Positions 8,695 through 16,789 of a stretch of 64,000 nucleotides of DNA are shown here, piece after piece. The position numbers and the translations under genes are program-made. The DNA is from a virus, in IMG/VR virus record IMGVR_UViG_3300050027_000006. One strand, 5' to 3'. Within the stretch, counting starts at the first letter, position 1. Every line of letters starts with the position of its first letter. The notes under the pieces are model-generated. The model did no database searches and was not told the origin of the DNA. It saw only the letters and a program-made list of their open reading frames with translations.

Positions 8695-11600
8695 ATGCGC
8701 ATCGGATGGACGATAGCATCGGGCGACATCGCTAACCTCTCGAACGACGAGCAGCAGGACCCGGATCAGGACAAGCTCGACGGCTTCACTGACACGAACG
8801 CCGAGCCGGACTTCGCCGCTGGCGCCGTGCAGGCTGCCTACGCAGGTGCGTGCCCCGGATCGCAGCAACCCGCCGAGCGCTTTGCCTTCATCCCTAACTG
8901 GGGATCCGCCAAGACTCGGATCGCTCACGCCTGTCCCGCTTGTGGCAAGGTGCTCTCTCCTCAGCGCAGCAAGAGCGACGAGGTGCACACGACGGCTCAC
9001 AAGCCCGCCGACGAGACCTATCACGTGCGTATGGTCAACAAGCTCATGAACGAAGGCTACGAGGCGAGTAACCCGCTAGTCGATCACCACGAGGGATGGG
9101 TCGGCAAGCTGAACCCCGGCGCCCACACCGCCGCCAACTCCGACGAGTTGGCCACCGAGCCGATGGGCTACGACGACAACGACATGGACGACTTCAACAC
9201 CGGTACGACCGGCCCGACTGTCACGCAGACCGACATCAACCCCGACAACTCCTTCTCCGGTTCGAGGAAGCTAGCGAGCGGCATTGTGGTTGAGGGATCG
9301 TGGACCGACGTGCAGTCGAAGGCGCAGCGCATCTACAAGGATGGCGGCGTCCGCATCATCTCCGTCACTGGCCCCTATGTCGCTGGGAACGTCAAGGGTT
9401 CCGAGGGGGTCTACGAGACGACCCTACAGCGAGGCCCGTCCGGTAGCATCGATCAGTGGACCTGCTCGTGTCCGTGGTTCGCCTACTCCTTCGGTCGCTC
9501 GGGCCGCTGGAAGAAGTACGAAGGTCGCATGTGCTCGCACGCACTCGCCTTGCAGTACAAGGCGCAGAGCGAAGGCATGTTCGGTCGAGAGATCAAGGAA
9601 GACACGCAGTCGCCGGGCTGGGACAAGGAGATCACCCGCTACGAGGCCCCGCCGCCGAAGGACTGGCGTGCTAGCAAGACTGCCCTCTCTGGCAAGGTCT
9701 ATCGAGGGGTCTCCTCCGAGCTAGACGTGCAGCGCACGATCAACGGCGACGTGGACTTCTCGAACCCGTGGCTCAACACCTCCGGCGTCGGCATCTACGT
9801 CACCCTCGACCGCCAGCGTGCGCAGTCGTTCTCTCGGGGCTTCCTCATGACGGGTACGATCCCCGGCAACCCTAAGGTTCTAGTTGAGAGTCACTACTGG
9901 GACGACATCGCCCGTCACGTCGACTCCCCGGAGTGGAAGCGCCTCAAGAGCCTCGATCAGGGAGACCCATCGTCATACGCCCGACACAACGGCTACGACA
10001 TCGTTGCCTGTGACATGGACGGCAACCCTGACCTCGTTATCATCAACGCCAAGGTCGTGCACTGGGAGCCAGCACAGAAGATCTCTGCTCTAGCTGCCGT
10101 CCTCCCGACCCCGGCTACCAAGGCCTACCTTCGCCTCTTCGCCTCTTCGACCGACGACGAGCCTCGTGCATCGGATGGTACGTGGACCAAGGGCATGGGC
10201 GACAAGAGCGACACCGGCTTCGGCAAGATCACGCCGGGTGAGGCCCGTGGCGACTCGAAGAAGGTCACCCCGGAAGAGTTCGATGAGCTTGCGGCGAAGG
10301 GCAAGGAGCACTATGATCGCCTCCTCGCTGACAAGCGTCCGACGACTGCCTTCAACGATGAGGACCAGTGGAAGGACATCTGCTCCGGCGCCTACAAGGC
10401 GGCTCAGGAGTCATGGGGTGGCCAGACTATCGACCCGGCCACCGGTAAGGCCATCGAGCGCTCTAAGGGCTTCTCCCTTCAGGTGCGTGCCCCTGGCGAG
10501 AAGCAGCTAACCGTTCCCGAGGATGCGTCCGAGGACGAGTTCAACGAGATGATGGAGCGTGCCCGCAAGGAGTACGCCGAGAAGCTCAAGGGCAAGGAAG
10601 TCTACCTCGGCGTCTTCCGTGACGACGATAACAACCGCATCGACTTCGACCCGGTGACCATCGTGGACACGGAGGCAGAGGTCGACTCGCTCGGAGCCTA
10701 CACGCACGCAGTCGGCGGAGCCTACGACTTCGCCACCGGTAACGGCCACTTCCCTCCGCACGTCGCCTCGCTGTCGTCGGACATCAAGGACGCCGTGCAC
10801 GTCTGGTCAAGCATCAAGGTGAACAATCAGAAGTCCCTCCCGAACCCGGAGCACGACGGCTTCCGCTACGCCTTCCATCAGATCCTCGGTGACGTGGGCA
10901 GCTTCCGCTACAACGCCAGCAACCCGGAGTTCATGAAGGGTGAGCACGAGGCCACCGTCTTCCTCAAGGCCTTCATGGACAACCAGACCCCATCGCACCG
11001 CCCGCTCTACCGAGCCATCGGTCTGCACCCGGCTGCCTACATGGAGATCCTCTCTGCCGCTACCGCTGGCAGTCTCGATCTCCCCCCGGCTAGCTGGTCA
11101 GCCAACAAGAAGCTGACCGAGCAGTTCGGCCTCGACTACATGCAGGGCACCAAGAAGTATGAAGAGCGCATCATCTTCGTGACCCGCCCCGGCACGAAGT
11201 CGTGGGCGCTCGGTCGCACGAGCATGACGGGCTACGAGCGAGAGCATATCGTCGGTGGCCGCTTCCACGTTGTGAGCATCAAGTTCCCACCCGAGACGGA
11301 CAACACCACGGTCATCACCCTTCAGGAGACGGAGGGCTGGCCTGAGGACTTCGCCTCGACCGGCGACATGATCGAGCATATGGCCTTTGACTCCGCCGTG
11401 GTCAGCCCGCAGGATTCGAAGACAGCGGCGAAGGAACCCTATGGCTGGTGGCTGGCACCCGATGGCACGTTGATCGATGTCGCCAACTCCATGGACCACT
11501 TCTCGACTCCTCACCCCAAGGGGTCGATCCACCTCACCAACGAGTTGTGGGGGCTGGGAGGAGAGCAGGTTCGACTTCTGTCGGCGGGGGTCTACGGCTC

Positions 11601-12942
11601 CATCTCTACCGAGCAGATGAAGGCCCTCTACCGTCTCGTCTACTCCCACGACTTCAAGCGCTTCTGCGGCTCGATCTACAGCGAGGATGGCGAAAGCCTC
11701 CCCGGCTTCCCCGGCATCTCGGCGTCGATGCAGAACCTCTCGAAGCAAGAGATCATCGACCAGCTTCGCAACCTTGGCCAGTTGGCTTCTCGTACCGGGC
11801 GCTACCTCACCATCGATGAGGCTCGTGCCGGTGCGATCGACTACTCGCTCCCGATGACCGCAGCCGACCACGTTGATCCGCACAAGGGCACGATGATCGC
11901 TGTCCGTCCTCCCGAGTCTGTGTGCCAGAGCCTTGCGCTTCCTGACTCCGGCGCCGAGCCGGTCGAGCAGCTTCACGTGACGCTGGCCTACATCGGCCCG
12001 GAGGCTTCAGAGGATCTCGACCTCGACCTTCTCCGCCAGATCGTAGATGCGCAGTCGCAACTCTCTCCTTACATCGCCGGGACCCTCTCCGGCCACGGCA
12101 CCTTCGAGAACCCGGACGGGGATGTCTCCGTCGTCCTGGTCGACTCCGAGGAGCTACAGGTCGCCCGTGCGCTCCTGGTCGACGCCCTCGAACGAGCGGG
12201 CATCGAGGTCAGCCGAGAGCATGGCTTCGTTCCCCACATCACCCTGACCTACGGCGAGCACGGCCCGTTGCCCGCAGTCGACAAGGACGTGTTCTACTTC
12301 ACCGAGTTCATCATCTCTCCGCCGTCCGGCGTGTGGGAACGCTACGAGCTAGCGACCAACATCTCGTTGGCCGCTTCCGTGGTGGTGGCCGATCAGGAGA
12401 ACCCGCTCCCTCCGATCCACAACGCCGAGCCGTCCTGGGGGTCTAGCCCGATCAGTCAGGACGACCCCACGGGTAGCCCGCTCGATGCGGACGGGGAGAC
12501 TAACACGGTACTCCCAGGAGCGCAAGCTGTCCTCGATGAGGAGCCAGAAGGCGCCCTCCCGAGCACTGATGGGGAAGCCGGAGCAGACGGAGCACAGTCC
12601 GATCAGGACTATTACCCCACCGACGAACAAGACAACACGCACCTGTACGGAGGTGAGGGAGCGGCTCCGAGCACGATAGCCTGGCTAGACCCTCGAATCT
12701 CCAACAAAGGAGTGAAAGGTAACGACGACATGGACATAGCCGCCGCCGCACGCAACTTCTTGATGACCTCAACCGCTGTGAAGACATTCACGTATGCGGA
12801 GCAGCAGGAGATCATCCTCGAAGGCGAGGGAGTCACGGCATCCAACTTGGATCGTCTGAACCTCACTGGCACTCACTACGAAGCTTTGGAACAACAGCTT
12901 GCTACAGCCGAAGCCCTTGGAGAGCCTGTCGTCTGGTGGTAG
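8695..12942 (+). CDS. polyvalent protein: SWIM Zn finger + ADP-ribosyltransferase + 2H phosphoesterase (putative packaged/ejected effector)
   Basis: 1415 codons. SWIM motif CSCPWF..CSH. R-S-E ART triad LYR / SWS / EREHIV. Two HxT motifs, HVTLAY and HITLTY. Further SKTA-type linkers (RASKTAL, DSKTAAK). Confidence 0.8.
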   Translation: MRIGWTIASGDIANLSNDEQQDPDQDKLDGFTDTNAEPDFAAGAVQAAYAGACPGSQQPAERFAFIPNWGSAKTRIAHACPACGKVLSPQRSKSDEVHTTAHKPADETYHVRMVNKLMNEGYEASNPLVDHHEGWVGKLNPGAHTAANSDELATEPMGYDDNDMDDFNTGTTGPTVTQTDINPDNSFSGSRKLASGIVVEGSWTDVQSKAQRIYKDGGVRIISVTGPYVAGNVKGSEGVYETTLQRGPSGSIDQWTCSCPWFAYSFGRSGRWKKYEGRMCSHALALQYKAQSEGMFGREIKEDTQSPGWDKEITRYEAPPPKDWRASKTALSGKVYRGVSSELDVQRTINGDVDFSNPWLNTSGVGIYVTLDRQRAQSFSRGFLMTGTIPGNPKVLVESHYWDDIARHVDSPEWKRLKSLDQGDPSSYARHNGYDIVACDMDGNPDLVIINAKVVHWEPAQKISALAAVLPTPATKAYLRLFASSTDDEPRASDGTWTKGMGDKSDTGFGKITPGEARGDSKKVTPEEFDELAAKGKEHYDRLLADKRPTTAFNDEDQWKDICSGAYKAAQESWGGQTIDPATGKAIERSKGFSLQVRAPGEKQLTVPEDASEDEFNEMMERARKEYAEKLKGKEVYLGVFRDDDNNRIDFDPVTIVDTEAEVDSLGAYTHAVGGAYDFATGNGHFPPHVASLSSDIKDAVHVWSSIKVNNQKSLPNPEHDGFRYAFHQILGDVGSFRYNASNPEFMKGEHEATVFLKAFMDNQTPSHRPLYRAIGLHPAAYMEILSAATAGSLDLPPASWSANKKLTEQFGLDYMQGTKKYEERIIFVTRPGTKSWALGRTSMTGYEREHIVGGRFHVVSIKFPPETDNTTVITLQETEGWPEDFASTGDMIEHMAFDSAVVSPQDSKTAAKEPYGWWLAPDGTLIDVANSMDHFSTPHPKGSIHLTNELWGLGGEQVRLLSAGVYGSISTEQMKALYRLVYSHDFKRFCGSIYSEDGESLPGFPGISASMQNLSKQEIIDQLRNLGQLASRTGRYLTIDEARAGAIDYSLPMTAADHVDPHKGTMIAVRPPESVCQSLALPDSGAEPVEQLHVTLAYIGPEASEDLDLDLLRQIVDAQSQLSPYIAGTLSGHGTFENPDGDVSVVLVDSEELQVARALLVDALERAGIEVSREHGFVPHITLTYGEHGPLPAVDKDVFYFTEFIISPPSGVWERYELATNISLAASVVVADQENPLPPIHNAEPSWGSSPISQDDPTGSPLDADGETNTVLPGAQAVLDEEPEGALPSTDGEAGADGAQSDQDYYPTDEQDNTHLYGGEGAAPSTIAWLDPRISNKGVKGNDDMDIAAAARNFLMTSTAVKTFTYAEQQEIILEGEGVTASNLDRLNLTGTHYEALEQQLATAEALGEPVVWW
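9290..9560 (+). other. SWIM-type zinc finger domain
   Basis: WTCSCPWFAYSFGRSGRWKKYEGRMCSHALALQY gives the CxCx(n)CxH pattern at 9463-9540, preceded by a beta-rich stretch. Confidence 0.7.
10960..11300 (+). other. ADP-ribosyltransferase (R-S-E class) domain
   Basis: Arg in PLYRAIG (11011-11013), SWS (11092-11100), ExE in GYEREHIVGG (11236-11244). Order and spacing are compatible with ADPrib_exo_Tox-type domains seen in phage MuF/Alt-like proteins. Confidence 0.65.
11890..12350 (+). other. 2H phosphoesterase (LigT/CPDase-like) domain
   Basis: Two HxT motifs: LHVTLAYIG (His 11974-11976) and VPHITLTYG (His 12235-12237). They are about 87 residues apart, as in 2H-superfamily enzymes. Confidence 0.7.
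12683..12718. repeat. imperfect direct repeat, copy A (GGCTAG..GAATCTCCAACaAAGgaGTGAAAG)
   Basis: Matches 13453-13484. The 11-nt core GAATCTCCAAC is identical and the flanks are similar. Lies inside the polyvalent ORF (WLDPRISNKGVKG). Confidence 0.6.
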
Positions 12943-12945
12943 ACT
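12917..12945 (+). promoter_or_regulatory. putative promoter TTGGAG-N17-TAGACT, 6 nt before ATG 12952
   Basis: The -10 TANNNT box sits at 12940-12945 and overlaps the upstream stop TAG. The 6-nt spacer to the start suggests a leaderless mRNA. The -35 is weak. Confidence 0.4.
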
Positions 12946-12951
12946 GGTGGT

Positions 12952-13458
12952 ATGTCACGAGGCTCTACTAACTCTGCGAACGCCGCCAAGACTCGGTGTC
13001 CCAATGGCCATGCGTATACGCCAGAGAACACCTACAGCAATCACGGCAAACGAGAGTGTCGCACTTGTAAGCGAGAGCGCAAAGCTGCGTGGGATGCGAC
13101 TCACAAGGCCGAACAACGAGCGTATTTCCTAGCCTACTATCCTCTGCATCGAGAGGAGATCCTCGCCAATAACTATCGGTGGATGCGAGTAGATCCCGAG
13201 CGAACCAAGCTGAAGAACCAGATCAGCAATGCTAGACGCAAGGAAGCTCCTGGTCATTGTACTCCTGAACAGCTAGCCGCTCGGATTGCCTTCTTCGGAG
13301 GGAAGTGTTGGATGTGTGGCGCTCCCCGGGAACATATCGACCATGTGAAGCCCCTGGCCAAGGGTGGCTCCAACTGGCCAGCCAATCTCCGACCAGCGTG
13401 TAGTACGTGTAACCTTCGGAAGTCGGACCAATGGCCCCTTCCGTCCCTGGCAGGCTAG
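12952..13458 (+). CDS. HNH homing endonuclease
   Basis: HIDHVKPLAKGGSNWPANLRPACSTCNLRK (HNH core). N-terminal CPNGHAYTPENTY..GKRECRTC Zn module. Confidence 0.85.
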   Translation: MSRGSTNSANAAKTRCPNGHAYTPENTYSNHGKRECRTCKRERKAAWDATHKAEQRAYFLAYYPLHREEILANNYRWMRVDPERTKLKNQISNARRKEAPGHCTPEQLAARIAFFGGKCWMCGAPREHIDHVKPLAKGGSNWPANLRPACSTCNLRKSDQWPLPSLAG

Positions 13459-13484
13459 CTGAATCTCCAACGAAGAGGTGAAAG
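13453..13484. repeat. imperfect direct repeat, copy B
   Basis: GGCTAGctGAATCTCCAACgAAGagGTGAAAG. Overlaps the HNH stop (TAG 13456-13458). Followed by a start-less 24-codon remnant ISNEEVKELLQQGWLAEYGNPQLQ* (13463-13537). Confidence 0.6.
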
Positions 13485-13514
13485 AACTTCTTCAACAGGG
13501 ATGGCTAGCTGAGT

Positions 13515-14441
13515 ATGGGAATCCGCAACTTCAATAATGTGTCGGTACCGCAGACGATCCTCAACTCTGGCGGCATCGACAACAACCCGCTGACCGTGGG
13601 CATCACGGTGGGCGATGCTTCGTCATATCCTGCGGTCCCCTTCACACTGGGGATTGAGCGAGGTACTCCCAACCAAGAGGTTGTCGAGTGCACGGCGCTG
13701 ACCGGTTCTACCGGCTTCATCGTCACCCGTGGCTTCAACGGTTCACCGATCGTCGCTCATCCTCAGGGCGCCTCCGTCGAGCTTACCTCGGCGGCTATCG
13801 ACTACGCTGAGGCGAACGAGTTCATCAACATCATGACGACCAAGGGTGACATCATCACCTTTGCGGCAGGCCCCGCTCGTCTCGGTGTCGGCGCCGATGG
13901 CACGGCCCTCACCGCTGACCACACGCAGATCTCGGGTCTCGCTTGGGTCCAGCCCGTCCCGCCTGGTGTCGTCTTCTACACCGCAGCTTCCGCCGCTCCG
14001 GCTGGCTTCGTCCTCGCCAACGGTCAGTCGCTTGCTTGTGCTGGTGTGGCCGCTGCCCTGTTCGCTCAGATCGGCACGACCTACGGCTCGGTCGACGGCG
14101 CTCACTTCAATGTACCGAATGCTGCCACTCGTACCATCCGTGGTAACGGTTCTGGCTACTCGCTTGCTGCTACCGGTGGCTCCGACACAGCGCCCGCCTC
14201 TGTCGCTCCCCACACCCACGGTAACTCGATCCTCATCGGTGGCACTCCCGTCACTACAGAGATCGTTGTCTACGATCCGGGCAGCACCATCCAGCTTGCC
14301 TCGGGCGCTCCGAGCACTCCGTTCGGCGTGTCTTACACGGTGACCCCTTCGCTCGTTGTGAGCATCGACTCGGCTGGTAGCAGCACCCCGATCAACATTG
14401 TGAACAAGTACATCGTCCTGACCCCGATCATCAAGCTCTAA
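13515..14441 (+). CDS. tail fibre-like protein with phage tail collar domain
   Basis: PPGVVFYTAASAAPAGFVLANGQSL...LFAQIGTTYGSVDGAHFNVPNAATRTIRGNG matches the tail collar consensus. The N-terminal module is shared with the next gene. Confidence 0.75.
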   Translation: MGIRNFNNVSVPQTILNSGGIDNNPLTVGITVGDASSYPAVPFTLGIERGTPNQEVVECTALTGSTGFIVTRGFNGSPIVAHPQGASVELTSAAIDYAEANEFINIMTTKGDIITFAAGPARLGVGADGTALTADHTQISGLAWVQPVPPGVVFYTAASAAPAGFVLANGQSLACAGVAAALFAQIGTTYGSVDGAHFNVPNAATRTIRGNGSGYSLAATGGSDTAPASVAPHTHGNSILIGGTPVTTEIVVYDPGSTIQLASGAPSTPFGVSYTVTPSLVVSIDSAGSSTPINIVNKYIVLTPIIKL

Positions 14442-15619
14442 TGACGACCCCGGTTGAAGTATGGGCAGACAATGCCACCGGAACCTTCGGTGCACCTGGG
14501 ACACCGGGTGACACGACGATCAGTGTGGCGCAGACGGCGGGAATCTTCCCGACGCTGAGTGCTGGCCAGGTCTTCCACCTCGTCATTGACTTCGATACGG
14601 TCAACGCAGAGATCGTTGAGGTCACGGCGACCTCCGGCTCGCACATCCTCGGCTGGGTCTTCACTCTCGCCTCCCCCGGCCTCGTCAACGCCCACAACGG
14701 TCCTCCCGGTGGCGCTCAGTGCGCCCTCGTCATCACGAAGGAAGGCCTCGACAATATGCTGGCCGAGTCCGTCGTGCTCTCGACGTTCACGACCGCAGGT
14801 GACACCATCTATGGTACCGGCGCCTCTGCCGTCACCCGCCTCCCCATCGGCACGAACGGCTACGTCCTCACGGTAGTGAGCGGTGTCCCCGCATGGGTGG
14901 CCCCTGGCGCACCTCCGACCGGTGCTGCTGGCGGAGACCTCGGTGGCACGTACCCCAACCCATTGGTCGACTCCATTCAAGGCGTCGTCATCTCCGGCAC
15001 TCCGGTCGCAGGCGATGGCCTCTACGCCACCGGAGCTTCGACCGCCGCCTGGTCAGCCCTCGACGTAGCACAAGTCTCTGAGGTCTTCAACTTGGCTGGC
15101 GACATCATCGTCGGTACCGGAGCCGCTACCGGTGAGCGTCTCGTCGCTGGCGCCGCTGGCACGGTCCTCACGGTTGGCGGTTTCGATCCCCCTGGACTTG
15201 AGTGGGTGCCTCTCGCACTGACTACAGATGTCGGCACTCTCGGTAGCGATGCTGTCATCGGAACTTCTTCCGGGTCAGCTATCCTCACGACGGCTTCCTT
15301 GGACATCGGCTTCTGGTTGATTACCGTCACTGCGTTGGTGGAGACCACGGCGACAGCGACGGGTCGAGTCGGAATCGCACTCGCTGGTGGTGGAGCGACC
15401 GCAACCTTCTTGGGTCCTCAAGCCGTTCAAACTGCATTGCCATCGTCAGTTACCGATACGCAGGTTGTCTCTCTGACTTCTCTTGTTCAAGTCACTGCGG
15501 CTGGTACTCTGCTGGTCGTCGCCTTCAACACCGATACTGGACAGACAGCGACAGTCCTTCAACTCGATGCCGTGCAGAGCGAGAGCGCTACCGGGTACAC
15601 GGCGGTGAAGGTCGCATGA
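14441..15619 (+). CDS. tail fibre-like protein
   Basis: TAATG coupling. The N-terminal segment (VFHLVIDFDTVNAEIVEVTATSGS) parallels 13515 (PFTLGIERGTPNQEVVECTALTGS). Contains a GDLGGTYPNPLV motif and Gly/Thr/Ala-rich beta-type composition. Confidence 0.7.
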   Translation: MTTPVEVWADNATGTFGAPGTPGDTTISVAQTAGIFPTLSAGQVFHLVIDFDTVNAEIVEVTATSGSHILGWVFTLASPGLVNAHNGPPGGAQCALVITKEGLDNMLAESVVLSTFTTAGDTIYGTGASAVTRLPIGTNGYVLTVVSGVPAWVAPGAPPTGAAGGDLGGTYPNPLVDSIQGVVISGTPVAGDGLYATGASTAAWSALDVAQVSEVFNLAGDIIVGTGAATGERLVAGAAGTVLTVGGFDPPGLEWVPLALTTDVGTLGSDAVIGTSSGSAILTTASLDIGFWLITVTALVETTATATGRVGIALAGGGATATFLGPQAVQTALPSSVTDTQVVSLTSLVQVTAAGTLLVVAFNTDTGQTATVLQLDAVQSESATGYTAVKVA

Positions 15620-16104
15620 TAGATGCAACGGGCTTCACTTCCTTCGCTCAGAGTCTCGGTGGACTTGCCACCTTCGTCGCTGTCCTCGTCATCCCCGGCG
15701 CATGGCTGTTCCACCGCAAGGTCATCCGCCCCCTCTCCTTCGTGCTCGGCCTGAAGCAGGAGGACTCCCCGACCGGCGAGCCGATCCCTTCCATCCCCGT
15801 ACAGCTTGCCGAGATGCGCAAGAACCAAGAGGTCTTCAAGGAGCAGGTGCGTACCATCAATGCGGAGGTACACCCCAACGGTGGGAACTCGCTGAGGGAT
15901 GCAGTTGACAGCAACGGCAGGAACACTCGTGAACTCAGCATGAAGGTCGTGGATCTTCAGGGCACCTTGGATTCGCATCTCGCAGAGGAGCGCAGAGAGC
16001 GAGAGAAGATCGCTGCCCTGGCGCTCAAGACCGCCGCCGACTTCGCCGCTCTCACCGAGAAGACCGCAGCCCAACTAGCGAAGGACAACCGTGCTCAAGG
16101 TTAG
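15616..16104 (+). CDS. membrane-anchored coiled-coil protein
   Basis: ATGA coupling. N-terminal TM (LGGLATFVAVLVIPGAWLF). HPNGGNSLRDAV motif followed by a coiled coil. Confidence 0.65.
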   Translation: MIDATGFTSFAQSLGGLATFVAVLVIPGAWLFHRKVIRPLSFVLGLKQEDSPTGEPIPSIPVQLAEMRKNQEVFKEQVRTINAEVHPNGGNSLRDAVDSNGRNTRELSMKVVDLQGTLDSHLAEERREREKIAALALKTAADFAALTEKTAAQLAKDNRAQG

Positions 16105-16393
16105 GATCGGCAACGCCGAAGAGGTCACGACCCTCCTCATCCCGAGCGAGTTCGACCTTGAACGTCGGTTCGACAATGCTGTCGCAGCGCTGAGTCTCCA
16201 CTTGGTTGAAGATGGGCCTCGGTGGATTGAATCAGAAGATCTAGCGCTCAATCTTTTGCTAGAAGAGCACTATGGCCCGTCTTGCGGAAGTGATGTCCCA
16301 TCGCACCAGGATGACTCTCCATCCCGCAATCTTTGCAGATCCGTCGCATCGACGCAACAGGTGGACGGCGACCTTGGAGTGCTTGCCGGATAA
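16091..16393 (+). CDS. hypothetical protein; its 3' third is antisense to the GIY-YIG gene
   Basis: GTG start overlaps the upstream gene by 14 nt. The first ~52 codons look protein-like. From 16248 the ORF runs antisense through the convergent homing endonuclease gene. Confidence 0.35.
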   Translation: MLKVRIGNAEEVTTLLIPSEFDLERRFDNAVAALSLHLVEDGPRWIESEDLALNLLLEEHYGPSCGSDVPSHQDDSPSRNLCRSVASTQQVDGDLGVLAG

Positions 16394-16766
16394 GTGTTCG
16401 ATGCTGATCGGACATCGGCTGCATCTTCTGGCCACTGCGGGTCGCAGAGATACGAGCATTGCGCTCAGGGGTAGGGAGCGGATAAGTCCGGGGACGCCGA
16501 GAGTTTAGTGTGCGACCCATTCCTCGCTCAACATAGAAGTCATACCAGCGAGCTTCTGCTTCGGCTCCATCCTGGGTGATCTCTAGGAGTTGGATATGAA
16601 AGGCTGATCTACCAAGCTCTGCGATCTTTGCTCGGAGAAGAGGACAGAGGCTAGTGGACTTGACATGACCTTTCCAGCGCTGTGCAAGCGAGTTGATCGT
16701 ACATCCCACGTACCAGTCATCATCGACCGAGTTGGTGATGAGGTAGATGTTGGAAGTCCTGTCCAT
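16248..16766 (-). CDS. GIY-YIG homing endonuclease
   Basis: NIYLITNSVDDDWYVGCT..RWKGH motif. Start set at MDRTSN (16766), 6 nt downstream of a TGcTATAAT box. Lower GC than the surroundings. Confidence 0.8.
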   Translation of the reverse strand: MDRTSNIYLITNSVDDDWYVGCTINSLAQRWKGHVKSTSLCPLLRAKIAELGRSAFHIQLLEITQDGAEAEARWYDFYVERGMGRTLNSRRPRTYPLPTPERNARISATRSGQKMQPMSDQHRTLIRQALQGRRPPVASMRRICKDCGMESHPGAMGHHFRKTGHSALLAKD

Positions 16767-16772
16767 GAGTCC

Positions 16773-16781
16773 ATTATAGCA
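16773..16781 (-). promoter_or_regulatory. extended -10 box TGcTATAAT
   Basis: Reverse complement of attatagca. Six nt separate it from the ATG at 16766, giving leaderless architecture. Confidence 0.45.
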
Positions 16782-16789
16782 CCTAAGAG
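16780..16789 (+). promoter_or_regulatory. CACCTAAGAG motif copy
   Basis: Directly abuts ATG 16790. Same core as 19557, 19649 and 33925. Confidence 0.35.

Noticed and set aside
9690-10080. A second ADP-ribosyltransferase domain (KVYRGVSS...NTSGVGIYVT...).
   Set aside because: Only the Arg and a weak Ser-type motif are visible, and no ExE/QxE motif could be found. It is mentioned in the polyvalent-protein finding but not annotated as a feature.
8695-12942. A tape measure protein call for the 1415-aa ORF, on the basis of size.
   Set aside because: It lies next to the portal rather than between tail chaperone and distal tail genes. It contains SWIM, ART and 2H enzymatic motifs and lacks the long helical, Gly/Ala-rich tape measure character.
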